From: an uncultured delta proteobacterium
GTDB lineage: Bacteria; Desulfobacterota; Binatia; Binatales; Binataceae
Assembly (NCBI GenBank): GCA_963808235.1
Contig: CAWEEQ010000004.1
Span: 672,001 to 736,000, forward strand
Direction of reading: 5' to 3'
DNA: 64,000 nt
Under the pieces are notes generated by a model. It was not told where the DNA came from. It saw only the letters and a list, made by a program, of their open reading frames with translations, and searched no databases. This document shows, one piece after another, positions 1-10,090 of this stretch (positions are counted from its first letter, which is position 1; each line of letters starts with the position of its first letter). Made by a program: the position numbers and the translations under genes.

Positions 1-462
1 ACCCACACCGGCGCCGGTGCCGACGCCGGTACCACCCGAGATGCCGGAGGTATCCTCTTTTGGAACGCTCGGAGGAGCGGGCGGAACCGACACGGCGATC
101 CCGCCCGAGGGAGAAGTCGCGAGCGCGGGCGGCGGAAGATGCGGACGGGCGCGGGGCGCGTGATGGATCGGCTTGGCGGCCGGTTTTGCCGCGGGGGCAG
201 CGCCGCCCTGAAGTCCCGCGGGCACCGGCGGTGGCGGGGGCGGTTCGACGATGGTCGCGATGACCACGTCGTAATGCGGAGGCGGGGGCAGACTCGACGG
301 GATGAATCTCGTGCCGAAGACCATCGCGACCAGAGTGACCATCGCGAGCGGCACGGTCACCGCGAACGTGCGCGACGGCGCGGTCCTCAGCGCGATGAAG
401 TCGTCATCGCCGCCGCGAATTGGCGGCGGCGCGAATGAATTTAGAAGGGCGCCGCTAGCCAT
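1..462 (-). CDS. tonB: Energy transducer TonB (N-terminal part; runs off window)
   Basis: Not in the ORF track. Hand translation from ATG at 462, overlapping the receptor stop (TGATG): MASGALLNSF...TFAVTVPLAMVTLVAMVFG (single TM), then a Pro-rich stalk (VEPPPPPPVPAG...AAKPAAKP) and Gly-rich linker, open to the window edge. Lies directly downstream of a TonB-dependent receptor. Confidence 0.75.
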   Translation of the reverse strand, partial: MASGALLNSFAPPPIRGGDDDFIALRTAPSRTFAVTVPLAMVTLVAMVFGTRFIPSSLPPPPHYDVVIATIVEPPPPPPVPAGLQGGAAPAAKPAAKPIHHAPRARPHLPPPALATSPSGGIAVSVPPAPPSVPKEDTSGISGGTGVGTGAGVG

Positions 463-2864
463 CAGCTGGACCCCGCGGCGGAGGCTTTGAAAGTAGGAAG
501 TTCCCACTTGATGCCGCCGTAGAGAGCGCGGCGCGGACCGAACTGCGCCGCGAAGACGCCGATCCCGGAGCCGTTGCGAACTTCGTAGATGTGATCGTTG
601 AGATTTACGACCGCGCCGCGCAGTTCAATCGCACCACCGCGGCCAAGTGGGAAGCGCTTGGTGATTCCCGCGTCGACCTGGATGTAGTAGGGCAGATTCC
701 CGGTGTTGGCGAAGCCGCTCCTCAATCCGCTGCCGTAGATACCGTCGAGGCTGAAGGTGTAGCCCTTCCAGCTGTAAACGGCGCCGGCGGAATCGGTGAA
801 TGTCTGATCGTGATCAAGAAAAATGTAATGGCTATTGATGAACTTCAGTTCGTCCGGCGCGAAGTTGAATTGGCCGGATTCGACCTGAGTACCCTGTGCG
901 ACGCTGTAGGCGAAGTTGTTGTACGCGTAAAAGTTCTCGTGAGTGTATGAGCTGGTGAACTCGACTCCATAAACGCGGCCCTTCCGATAGTTGAAGGTCT
1001 CGAATATGAGCGCGGGCCCGAACTGGCCTTCGTCGATCAGGTCGGCTGCCTTCTTGTAGTAGGAGTCGATACCCACATTGAGTCCGGGTATGACCTCCTG
1101 GGTTGCTCCAACGTCGAACAGATGGTCGCGCTCGACCGTCGGAGTCCCGTTGCCGGTGGAAGCGGGCGCACCGGTCGTGTTCCTGAATTTGGCAATCGTC
1201 TCCGCGGACACAAGCTCGGTCGGTGGCGGCGTCATTTGCCGCGCGTAGCCGGCGTGTAACACGGTGCCCTTGAAAGGAGTGTATTCCAGCGCGACGCGAG
1301 GACTTGCCTGGTCCGCACGCACCAGGCCGTCGTAGAGGTCGAAGCGGACGCCATAGTTGAATTTGAGCTTTTTGGCGATCTGCCACTCGTCCTGCACATA
1401 GACGCTGTAGATCCAGGTCTGCAGAGCTATGTCGTCGACGATATTGATCGGAGTCGTCAGAGGCGTTCCGCCCATTATTGGGAACGTCGCCTCGTGATTG
1501 TCGATCTCGGCGCGTTCGGCGTCGAAATATCCGCCGAGGCGAAAAGTATGATCGGCAATCCCGTGGTACGCGGTGTCGAGCTGAAAGCCGTTGCCCCAGT
1601 CGCTGCGGAAAACCCGCGACGCGGCGCCGTTATAGATCAGGTCGCCGACGTGATCGGGATTGAAGGTGACCGTCGAATAGCGGCTGAACGGCGCGAGCTG
1701 ATAGTCGAAGTTCGATCCAACCACGCCTTGCAGCGCGAGCACATTGAAATAGTTCTGCTCGGATTGGTTCTCGCGCACTTTCGCCGACGGATACACCGGC
1801 ACTCCGGCCAGCAAGAAGACCTGCGGCTGATTGGGATTCGCGGGAATCTGAAAGTGATTGATCGCGGTGCCTGATATTAAACTGAGGCGCGTTGTGGGGT
1901 TTAGAAAATACGAGAAGTATCCGAATCCCGATCCCTGGTTACTGGTGTCGTGAATCGCGGTGGGGCCGGGCGTGGGAGGCTCGACGCCGCGATCGGTGCC
2001 GAGGTATTGCCCGGTCACGAAGTAACTGAAGTTGCCCTTGGAGCCGCCGTACTCGAAGCTCGGCTGAGTGGTTCCGCGTTGTCCGCCGTAGAAGTCAACG
2101 TCGGCGACGTTGTCGAGGAGGCCGTCCTTGGTCTTGATATCGATAATGCCCGCGGTGCGAAGTCCGAATTCAGCCGGCAGGACACCGGTCAGCAAGCTGA
2201 TCGAATGGGCAAAGCGGGGACTTAAGACTTGTCCGAAACCGGTGATTCCTTCGGGGAGCTGGACGCCGTTTATTCGGTATTGAATGTTGGCGTGATCGCC
2301 GCGCACGTGCAGTTGTCCGAAGGAATCCTGCGCGACGCCCGGCGCCTGCAGGATCACCTGGTTGAGAGATGTATTCGCGCCCTGGGGCAGTTGCTCGATA
2401 GCCTTCTCGCTGAAGCGATAAACGCTGCCGCCGGTCTCCGGTGACAGGCCGTTGCGGGCCTGATTGAGCCGGGTGGCGACGACGGCCATGCTGAGCTCGC
2501 GCGAAGCTTGCATCACGAGGGCAACCGGCGGCGCGCCGCGCGCGGCTACGATCACGATTTTGGTCGCGGGCTTGAAGCTCGTCTCATCGGCAAGCACGGC
2601 GTAAGCGCCGGGAGCGACGTCATGGAAGGCAAACGTGCCGTCGGATCCACTTTTGATGCGCGCGACGACCGCGCCCTTCTGGGTCTGGAGAGTTAGATTT
2701 GCGCCGGGAATTGGGCGGCCCAGGGCGTCCTTGACGGTGCCCGAGATAATCCGTGGCACGGGAGGCGAAGGGGCCGCGGCGCGGGCCTCCCGCACGCCGT
2801 CAACAGAGATAGTGATAGTCAGCAAAATTGCCATCAATGCAATCGCAATCGCAATCGGTCGCAT
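462..2864 (-). CDS. TonB-dependent receptor with N-terminal carboxypeptidase-regulatory-like domain
   Basis: Signal peptide MRPIAIAIALMAILL..., ISGTVKDALGRPIPGA (CarboxypepD_reg), plug-like LHVRGDHANIQYRING, barrel motifs YSVYVQDEW / NYGVRFD and C-terminal GPRRALYGGIKW. ATG 2864 has a GAGG RBS (the ORF track extends to 2951). Confidence 0.92.
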   Translation of the reverse strand: MRPIAIAIALMAILLTITISVDGVREARAAAPSPPVPRIISGTVKDALGRPIPGANLTLQTQKGAVVARIKSGSDGTFAFHDVAPGAYAVLADETSFKPATKIVIVAARGAPPVALVMQASRELSMAVVATRLNQARNGLSPETGGSVYRFSEKAIEQLPQGANTSLNQVILQAPGVAQDSFGQLHVRGDHANIQYRINGVQLPEGITGFGQVLSPRFAHSISLLTGVLPAEFGLRTAGIIDIKTKDGLLDNVADVDFYGGQRGTTQPSFEYGGSKGNFSYFVTGQYLGTDRGVEPPTPGPTAIHDTSNQGSGFGYFSYFLNPTTRLSLISGTAINHFQIPANPNQPQVFLLAGVPVYPSAKVRENQSEQNYFNVLALQGVVGSNFDYQLAPFSRYSTVTFNPDHVGDLIYNGAASRVFRSDWGNGFQLDTAYHGIADHTFRLGGYFDAERAEIDNHEATFPIMGGTPLTTPINIVDDIALQTWIYSVYVQDEWQIAKKLKFNYGVRFDLYDGLVRADQASPRVALEYTPFKGTVLHAGYARQMTPPPTELVSAETIAKFRNTTGAPASTGNGTPTVERDHLFDVGATQEVIPGLNVGIDSYYKKAADLIDEGQFGPALIFETFNYRKGRVYGVEFTSSYTHENFYAYNNFAYSVAQGTQVESGQFNFAPDELKFINSHYIFLDHDQTFTDSAGAVYSWKGYTFSLDGIYGSGLRSGFANTGNLPYYIQVDAGITKRFPLGRGGAIELRGAVVNLNDHIYEVRNGSGIGVFAAQFGPRRALYGGIKWELPTFKASAAGSS

Positions 2865-2946
2865 CCTCAAAATCCTCCCAAAGCATCGGCCGCGGCGTCG
2901 CAAGCGATGCGCGATGCGAAGCCGGCGAATGGCAATCGCCATTCGC
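2859..2946 (-). promoter_or_regulatory. Structured 5' leader of the receptor (hairpin plus start-codon-pairing segment)
   Basis: Perfect 9-bp stem GCGAATGGC/GCCATTCGC at 2925-2946. Segment 2913-2919 is the reverse complement of 2859-2865, which covers the receptor start codon. Confidence 0.45.
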
Positions 2947-2984
2947 GCCAAGTCATTCAGATCAGATGTCGGAAACGGCGAAGA

Positions 2985-3317
2985 CTAGGCCGATGCGGGA
3001 GGAGCGCGGCCAAAGAGATGAGAGTCGAACGACGGTACGAGTGCGAAGCAGAAATCTTTTGGATCAAAGCGTTTGGCGTCGAGCGGCGCGGCGAGCGGGA
3101 ACGGTGCCGCGCTGACGCTGGGCGCGTGCTGGTGATGCAGGCATAGCGAGCAGAGGCTGTCGGGCGCGGCGGCGGCCGCGATCGAAGGATGCGGAGCGAA
3201 CGCGAGCGGATGATAGTGTGCGGCGCCGAGCGACTGCGCCAGCATCAAGATTACGCCGGCTGCCAGCGCGAGTCTGCGCCGCCAGGCGGAGCGCGTTCCT
3301 GTGAGCTTCGTATGCAT
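2985..3317 (-). CDS. DUF2946-family (CruR-like) leader protein with CxxC and C-terminal RAPP arrest motif
   Basis: 110 aa: signal-like N-terminus (RRRLALAAGVILMLAQSLGAAHYH), CSLC followed by HHQH, ending GRAPPASA. Immediately upstream of a TonB-dependent receptor. Confidence 0.8.
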   Translation of the reverse strand: MHTKLTGTRSAWRRRLALAAGVILMLAQSLGAAHYHPLAFAPHPSIAAAAAPDSLCSLCLHHQHAPSVSAAPFPLAAPLDAKRFDPKDFCFALVPSFDSHLFGRAPPASA

Positions 3318-3367
3318 TAGAGAAATCGTATCGACCTCATCAAGCGTGCCGCGCCATCCGTGCTGGG

Positions 3368-4399
3368 TCAAGGCTCTTCAATCGGGGTGAGGGCGAAGGC
3401 GTCGGCCAGGAGTTCGTGGGAGTGGAGGCGGGCCTGGTGGTTGTGGACCACGGTTACAACCATCACTTCGTCGATGTTGAGGACGCTTGCGATGTCGACC
3501 AGCGTGTCGTGGACGTGGGCGGGTGTGCCGATTATCGAGCGGGGCCACTCGCCGGTCTCGCGCAGCGCGATGTCGTCGGGCGCGGGGCCGAGTTCCGCGA
3601 GCGCATCTTCGGGTGTCGGGATGGGTCCGCGATTTCCCTGGCGTGCGTGGCGTACGAACAGTCGAACGCTCGAGGCCATGCGCTCCGCTTCCGCATCGGT
3701 GTCGGCGCAGATCGCACCGATTCCAAGGATCGCGAGCGGCGCCTTCAATTCATTGGAGGGGATGAAGTGCGAGCGGTAGTACTCGATCGCGGCGCGAGTG
3801 TGAGTCGGATCGATGAAGTGCGCGAAACTGTACGGCAGTCCGAGCTGCGCCGCGGCGGCCGCGCTCCACATGCTCGAGCCGAGCAGCCAGACGTTGGGGG
3901 AACCGGGCATCGCGGGTGATAGCTCGATACGGCTGAATGCGTGATCGGGTCGGAAGCCATTGTGCAGGAACGCGAGCAGCTCGACGAGCTGGCGCGGAAA
4001 ATCGTCGGCCGGCGGTCCGGGCGTGGTGCTGCGATCGCGGCGCAGCGCGAAGGAATCGAGCGGGCTGCCGCCGGGTGCGCGTCCGATCCCGAGATCGATT
4101 CGACCGGGATAAAGAGCGTGCAGCACGCGAAAGGTTTCCGCGACTTTCATCGGGCTGTAGTGGGGCAGCATCACGCCGCCCGAGCCGACCCGGATATGCG
4201 AAGTCTCGGCGGCCACCCGTGCGATCATGATTTCGGGCGCCGGGCTTGCGAATGCGCCGGTCGCATGATGCTCGGCGATCCAGTAGCGCTCGTAGCCGCG
4301 CCGATCGGCGAGACGGGCGAGCTCGATGGTGTTGTGGAGCGCGTCAGCGGTCGTGAATCCGGCGGGGACTGGTGATTGATCGATGATGGAGAGTTTCAC
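3368..4399 (-). CDS. LLM-class (luciferase-like) flavin-dependent oxidoreductase
   Basis: KLSIIDQSPVP, RYWIAEHH, GSGGVMLPHYSPMKVAETF, GRIDLGIGRAPG. GTG 4399 preferred; alternative start 4432. Confidence 0.92.
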   Translation of the reverse strand: MKLSIIDQSPVPAGFTTADALHNTIELARLADRRGYERYWIAEHHATGAFASPAPEIMIARVAAETSHIRVGSGGVMLPHYSPMKVAETFRVLHALYPGRIDLGIGRAPGGSPLDSFALRRDRSTTPGPPADDFPRQLVELLAFLHNGFRPDHAFSRIELSPAMPGSPNVWLLGSSMWSAAAAAQLGLPYSFAHFIDPTHTRAAIEYYRSHFIPSNELKAPLAILGIGAICADTDAEAERMASSVRLFVRHARQGNRGPIPTPEDALAELGPAPDDIALRETGEWPRSIIGTPAHVHDTLVDIASVLNIDEVMVVTVVHNHQARLHSHELLADAFALTPIEEP

Positions 4400-4465
4400 G
4401 AGCGGTAGTAGCGAGCGACTGGTCGCTTTCACGATGATATTGATTGGACGGCAAGGAGGCGAGCG

Positions 4466-5485
4466 ATGGCGCTTTCACGCATTGAGATTGGAGAACTGGC
4501 GGCGGGGTTTGCGGCGGCGAAGGTTCCGTATGCGGCGCTTGTTCCGGCGGACGGAGGGCCGTATCCGCTCTGCCTGTTCCTGTACGGCGGCGGTGGGAGC
4601 CATCGGACGCTCGTCGATTGCCGCCCGGTATTCGAGCGGTGGTGGAGTGAGGGCATCGTGCCGCCGATGGTCATGGCGAGCGCTGATACTGGCCCGATGA
4701 GCTACTACCTCGACCATCCCGACGGCAACGCGCGGTGGGAGAGCTTCATCGCGGAGGATTTCCTCGCGCACCTTCGCGCAACATTTGAGGTTCGAAGCGA
4801 GCGCGAATCGACGTTCATCACGGGTATCTCGATGGGCGGGTACGGCAGTCTCAAGATTGCATTGCGGCGGCCGGATCGGTTTGGCGCGGTTGCGGCGATT
4901 CAGCCGCTGCTCGAGCCGGGGCTGCGCGATTCGGATATCGGCGCGCGCAACCGGATGCATCATATGATCGGAGGACCGCCTGAATTGCTCGGCGAGAATC
5001 GCGACGCGGTTTTCCAGGCAAACAATCCTGGCAACCTCGCACGCGCCAATGCCGGCGCGATCAAGGAATCGGGACTCGCGATCTATCTCGAGGTTGGCGA
5101 CCGGGATTTCCTGAACGCCCATGACGGCACTGAATTTCTGCATCGGATTCTGTGGGACCTCGACATCGCGCACGAGTACCGGCTCATCCGCGGCGCTGAT
5201 CACGGCGGACCGACGTTGATCCCGCGGATGCGCGACGCGTTCGTATGGCTGGGCTCGGTCAGTGCGCAGACGCATCATGCGGGCGCACAATCAGAGACCG
5301 CCGATGAGCGCGCGGTGAGCGAATGGATCGCGCGCGGACTGGCCGGGAATCCCCCACCGGTCGATCCTAACAGCGACGCATTCATCCGCATCCTTCGCGC
5401 GCAGTTGAAGCCGCTCAGAGATCAGGCGGCGCGGCTCGATCCGACCACGGCGAGGCGCTACGGGAAACTGCCAAGAACTAGCTGA
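4466..5485 (+). CDS. Alpha/beta-hydrolase esterase (S-formylglutathione hydrolase / tributyrin esterase-like)
   Basis: Nucleophile elbow GISMGG, WESFIAEDF, EVGDRDF, GADH. Confidence 0.85.
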   Translation: MALSRIEIGELAAGFAAAKVPYAALVPADGGPYPLCLFLYGGGGSHRTLVDCRPVFERWWSEGIVPPMVMASADTGPMSYYLDHPDGNARWESFIAEDFLAHLRATFEVRSERESTFITGISMGGYGSLKIALRRPDRFGAVAAIQPLLEPGLRDSDIGARNRMHHMIGGPPELLGENRDAVFQANNPGNLARANAGAIKESGLAIYLEVGDRDFLNAHDGTEFLHRILWDLDIAHEYRLIRGADHGGPTLIPRMRDAFVWLGSVSAQTHHAGAQSETADERAVSEWIARGLAGNPPPVDPNSDAFIRILRAQLKPLRDQAARLDPTTARRYGKLPRTS

Positions 5486-5490
5486 TCGCA

Positions 5491-6396
5491 TCACGCGCGG
5501 CGGGCGGGAGCGTCTCCTCGCAGGAGGTGTCTCTCGAGGCGAAACTTCTCTGCAATCGCTTGCGCGACGGCCATGATGCGGCCCGCACGGCGCAGGTCCT
5601 CATGATAAATCAACCAAAGGGACTGCATCGTCGGAGGTGCCTCAGGCCAGATTCTGACCAGTCGCGGCTCATTGTCGGCGAGATAGCAGGGCAGGAACGC
5701 AATTCCGAAACCATACACGGCAGCCCAGAAGAGCGCGTTCGTGCTGTTGCTGCGAAACGCGATTCGCGCGCCCTCGGTCGACTCGCCCATAAATTGCGAG
5801 TGCTTCGCCGGCCACATGTAAGCCCACGCGACAAGCTCCTGACCGGACAGCCCTTCGCCGCGGCGCGGTTTAGAATGATGCTTCAGGTAGTTGGGCGAGG
5901 CGTATAAAGCGAGGCCGAATCTTGCGATGCGCCGGCATATCAGGCCGGGTTCGACGGGTTTGAGATTTCTGAGTGCAATGTCGGCCTGGCGGCGCACGAC
6001 ATCGAGTCGCCGATAGTCCGGAATCATCTCGATCTCGATCTCGGGATGACGCCCGCGGATTTGCTGCATTGCGGGGATGACGAATCGGGCCGCGAAGGTC
6101 TCGGTCGCCGTGATTCGGACCAGGCCGGCGGCCGCGCGATCCTTTCCGGCGGCGCGGCGCTCGACCTCGATAGTGTCAGACTCGATCCGCTCGCACATCG
6201 CTTTGATCGATTCGCCCGCGAGCGTTAACGCGAGGCCGTCGGGGGTGTGCTGAAGCAGTTTGGTGCCGAGGTGGCGCTGCAGGGCGTCGAGCCAACGTCC
6301 GACGGTGGTGTGATTCACGCCGAGCTCATTTGCCGCCGCTGCCAGGCTTCCGCCGCGCACTGCCGCGAGAAAGAAGCGAAGGTCATCCCAATCCAT
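5491..6396 (-). CDS. LysR-family transcriptional regulator
   Basis: MDWDDLRFFLAAVRGGSLAAAANELGVNHTTVGR HTH plus substrate-binding domain. Divergent from the ADH gene. Confidence 0.95.
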   Translation of the reverse strand: MDWDDLRFFLAAVRGGSLAAAANELGVNHTTVGRWLDALQRHLGTKLLQHTPDGLALTLAGESIKAMCERIESDTIEVERRAAGKDRAAAGLVRITATETFAARFVIPAMQQIRGRHPEIEIEMIPDYRRLDVVRRQADIALRNLKPVEPGLICRRIARFGLALYASPNYLKHHSKPRRGEGLSGQELVAWAYMWPAKHSQFMGESTEGARIAFRSNSTNALFWAAVYGFGIAFLPCYLADNEPRLVRIWPEAPPTMQSLWLIYHEDLRRAGRIMAVAQAIAEKFRLERHLLRGDAPARRA

Positions 6397-6427
6397 GCGT
6401 GCATTTTTGCGCAGCAATAGTGCACGC
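6397..6427. promoter_or_regulatory. Inverted repeat, probable LysR operator
   Basis: GCGTGCA (6397-6403) / TGCACGC (6421-6427) abutting the lysR start in the divergent intergenic region. Confidence 0.4.
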
Positions 6428-6497
6428 GCAATCGGTGTCTGGGACCGGGCAACGCAGTAAAAAGGAGACCGACAAAGTCATTATCAGGAGATCCCCT

Positions 6498-7514
6498 ATG
6501 CGCGAACTGAATTTTGCCGGCCCCGGTAAAGTCGAATGGCGTGAGACGGTGGCGCCGGTCCTCGACGGCCCGAATCAGGCGCTGATTCGTCGGATCGCTG
6601 TCGCTACCTGCGATCTCGACGTGCTGCTGCTACGTGGCAAGGCTCCCATGTTCGGGGCGAACTTTGCGCTCGGGCACGAGTGCGTTGGCCGCGTGCTCGA
6701 GGTCAGCGAAGGAGCAGGCCGGTTCAGGCCGGGCGACATGGTGGTTCCATCATTTCAGATCACCTGCGGCGAGTGTCCGCGATGCCGGCGCGGTCTGACC
6801 GGCAATTGCGAAAAGATTCGCGGCACGGCGATGTACGGTATCGGGGCGCTCGGCGGTAACTACGGGGGCGCGTTTGCCGATGTGATGAAGGTTCCATTTG
6901 CGAGCGCGATGCTGGTCCCGTTGCCGAGCGCGCTCGTTCCGCGCGACGTCGCCAGCATCTCCGACAACGTCGCCGACGCGTGGCGCACCGTCGTCCCGCA
7001 GCTTCGGGAAAATCCGGGGGCTCGGGTTCTTATTGTTGGCGGCGGAAGTATCGGGCTGTATGCGATCCAGCTCGCGATTGCGTCGGGCGCTGCACAGGTC
7101 GATTACCTGGACGCTGACGCTCCTCGATCAGCGCTGGCCGAACGACTCGGCGCCAAGATTCAAAACGCATCGTCGCTGCGCAAGAGCGTACGCTATCCGA
7201 TTACCGTCGAAGCGGGCGGTACGCACGAAGGTCTCGTGCTCGCGATACGCGCGACCGAACCCGCGGGCATCTGCACCAGCGTGGGAATCCATCCGGGCAA
7301 CGCGACTCCGATGCCGCTTTTCGACATGTACATCACCGGCATGACCTTCGTGACCGGCCGCGGCCATTCGAGAACGGTGCTGCCTGAAGTTTTGGAAATG
7401 GCAAGAACGCTGAAAATCGCGCCGGCGAAGGTAACCAATCGAGTAGTCGAATGGGACGACGCGCCGGCCGCGCTCTGTGATCCGCCGGACAAGTTGGTCG
7501 TGGTGCGCGAATGA
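6498..7514 (+). CDS. Zinc-dependent alcohol dehydrogenase (MDR family)
   Basis: ATCDLD, GHECVG, CGECPRCRRGLTGNC structural Zn site, GGGSIG. AGGAG RBS before ATG 6498. Confidence 0.93.
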   Translation: MRELNFAGPGKVEWRETVAPVLDGPNQALIRRIAVATCDLDVLLLRGKAPMFGANFALGHECVGRVLEVSEGAGRFRPGDMVVPSFQITCGECPRCRRGLTGNCEKIRGTAMYGIGALGGNYGGAFADVMKVPFASAMLVPLPSALVPRDVASISDNVADAWRTVVPQLRENPGARVLIVGGGSIGLYAIQLAIASGAAQVDYLDADAPRSALAERLGAKIQNASSLRKSVRYPITVEAGGTHEGLVLAIRATEPAGICTSVGIHPGNATPMPLFDMYITGMTFVTGRGHSRTVLPEVLEMARTLKIAPAKVTNRVVEWDDAPAALCDPPDKLVVVRE

Positions 7515-7615
7515 CGCTCTGGTAAAAACGGCGAGTATTGGCGAGAATCCGATCGTGAGTCTGAGCCAACCGTTCTGCGCGGCGGCCGGATAGCACGCCA
7601 ATCGGAGGAACAATC

Positions 7616-8910
7616 ATGAGTTGGGATTTTGAAACTGAGCCGGAATTCCAGAAGGAGCTCGACTGGATCGATAAGTTCGTGCGCGAGGAAGTCGAGCCGC
7701 TCGACTACGTGCTCGGGCATCCGTACGACGTGCGCGATCCGAAGCGGAACAAACTGGTGCGGCCGCTGCAGGCCGAGGTGCGCAAGCGCAAACTCTGGGC
7801 GTGTCATCTCGGCCCGGAACTGGGCGGGCAGGGCTATGGGCAGGTCAAGCTTGCGCTGATGAACGAGATCCTCGGGCGCTCGCGATTCGCGTCGATCGTG
7901 TTTGGATGCCAGGCGCCGGACTCTGGCAACGCCGAAATTCTGGCGCATTATGGTACGCCCGACCAGAAGAAGCGGTTTCTGCAGCCGCTGCTCGATAACG
8001 AGATCGTTTCGGCATTTTCGATGACCGAGCCGCAAGGCGGTGCCGATCCAAAAGTCTTCAAGACCAAGGCCGAGCTTCGCGGCGACGACTGGGTGATCAA
8101 CGGCGAGAAATGGTTTTCTTCGAACGCACATCTCGCGTCGTTCCTGATCGTGATGGCGGTGACCGATCCGGACGCGAAGGAATATGAGCGGATGTCGATG
8201 TTCATCGTGCCAAAGGAAACGGCGGGAGTGGAAATCCTGCGCAACATCGGAGTCGGCACGCATGAAGCGGAAGGCAGCCACGCATACATCCGCTATTCGG
8301 ACGTGCACGTTCCGAAAGACCATATGCTCGGACCGCGGGGCGGCGCGTTCGTTGTCGCGCAGACGCGCCTGGGCGGCGGCCGGATTCATCATGCGATGCG
8401 CACGATCGGGCAGGTGCGCAAGGCGTTCGACATGATGTGCGAGCGGGTGCTCTCGCGCACGACGCAGGGATCGCGGCTGGCGGACAAGCAGATGGTGCAG
8501 GAAAAAATCGCGGACTCGTGGATGGAGATCGAGCAGTTCCGCCTGCTGGTGCTGCGCACCGCGTGGAAGATCGATCGGTACAAGGATTACCTGAAAGTGC
8601 GAAGGGACATCGCGGCGGTGAAGGCGCTGATGCCGAAAGTTTTCACGACGTGGCGTCGCGCGCGCTGTTCCTGCACGGATCGCTCGGCGCGACCGGCGAG
8701 ATGCCGTTCGTCGAGCAGGTGATCCAGAGCTTCCACATGGGACTCGCCGACGGGCCGACCGAGGTTCACAAAATCACGCTCGCGCGGCAGGTGTTGCGCG
8801 ACTACAAGGCGACCGACGGCCTGTTCCCGTCGCAACATATTCCGAAGCTGCGCGCGGCGGCGTTGAAGAAGTACGCGGATCGGATCGAGTTGGAGGTGGC
8901 GAATCAGTAA
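7616..8910 (+). CDS. Acyl-CoA dehydrogenase (one frameshift near 8640)
   Basis: FSMTEPQGGAD, INGEKWFSSNA, QTRLGGGRIHHAMR in ORF 7616-8722. The C-terminus HDVASRALFLHGSLG...LADGPTEVHK lies in another frame (ORF 8437-8910). One base is missing at AAAGTTTTCAC. Confidence 0.9.
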
Positions 8911-9033
8911 AGCGCGAATTTTTCGCCGGCGGTTGTAAATTCTACCGAAGTTGGCGCGCAAGTCGTCCAGATTTCTCCTGCGGTTGGTTCGGGCATGAAA
9001 AATGCTCGCTTCCGATCCGCAGGAGGCACGGAC

Positions 9034-9405
9034 GTGACCAAGATTATTTTGTCGTCGGGATTCTGGCTCACGTTGGCGGTGTTCGTGGCGTTGGGTTACG
9101 CGTTCGCCGCCGATTGTCCGGGGTCCTTGAACTGTGCCGACGGAACTTCCGCGCTTTCGTCATCGTTGATTCACGGAAATGCAACTTCCGACTCCGCCGC
9201 GCGGGCGAGCGATGTGCTGAATCGAAGCCGATGCGCGTCGATGCCTGCGGTGCGTGGCACCGACCCGGCGTTTCCCGAAGTCGCCAATTGGGAGCGTGGC
9301 GGCTCGATGTTCGCACCGGGGTTCTCGCTTACGATGACGCGCCGCCCCAACCATTTCACGCTGTGTCCCGGCCCGGTCGAAATTCCGGAAACCCTGGTCC
9401 AGTAA
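9034..9405 (+). CDS. Hypothetical small exported protein (4 Cys)
   Basis: AGGAGG RBS at 9021 and GTG at 9034. Signal peptide ending AFA; no recognisable family. Confidence 0.6.
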   Translation: MTKIILSSGFWLTLAVFVALGYAFAADCPGSLNCADGTSALSSSLIHGNATSDSAARASDVLNRSRCASMPAVRGTDPAFPEVANWERGGSMFAPGFSLTMTRRPNHFTLCPGPVEIPETLVQ

Positions 9406-9573
9406 CTATCCCCGAGTAATTATCCCGCGAAATTTTTCCCGGTTAGATTCCAGGATCTCGCATCGGCAACGACTGCGGTTGTCGGATTTTTGTCAGTTGC
9501 ATTATGAAACCTTAGTCGGCTAGAAACGACTCAAGGGTCCTGTCAGTGTGCTCGTAATCGAAAAATCAGGGAG

Positions 9574-10050
9574 ATGACGACTATGCAAGCGATCAAGTTT
9601 GACGACGTGGCGGCGCTGAAGGCGAAGATCGGCAAAGAGTTCGGCCCGTGGAGCGAGCCGATTCACGTCACCCAGGAAAAGATCAATCAGTTCGCCGACG
9701 TGACCGGCGACCATCAGTGGATTCATATCGACATCGAGCGATGCAAGAAAGAGAGTCCGTTCGGCGGACCGGTCGCGCATGGGTTCCTGACCCTGAGCCT
9801 GCTGCCGGCATTCAAGATGACCGAGGACTGGACGATCACCGGATTTCGCAACGTGGTGAATTACGGCGCGAACAAGCTTCGCTTCATCTCGCCGGTGCCG
9901 GCCGGCGCGAAAGTCTATGCGCGTTCGCGGCTGCTCGCAGTCGAGCCGCGGCCGATGGGTACGATGCTCACGCGGGAGACTGAAATCCAGGTGGTGGGCT
10001 CGCAGAAGCCCGCGGTGGTTTACGAAGCGCTGATGCTGTTCGTGAAGTAG
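9574..10050 (+). CDS. MaoC-family dehydratase
   Basis: FADVTGDHQWIHID, AHGFLTLSL, NYGANKLRFISPV. Confidence 0.93.
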   Translation: MTTMQAIKFDDVAALKAKIGKEFGPWSEPIHVTQEKINQFADVTGDHQWIHIDIERCKKESPFGGPVAHGFLTLSLLPAFKMTEDWTITGFRNVVNYGANKLRFISPVPAGAKVYARSRLLAVEPRPMGTMLTRETEIQVVGSQKPAVVYEALMLFVK

Positions 10051-10090
10051 AAGCGCGGCGAGACGGAGATTACGGGACGGAGATTAGTTG

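Noticed and set aside
8630-8650. Programmed frameshift or phase variation at the gene breaks
   Set aside because: Runs are short (4-5 nt), occur in unrelated housekeeping genes including three in gnd, and lack stimulatory structure. Assembly error is more parsimonious.
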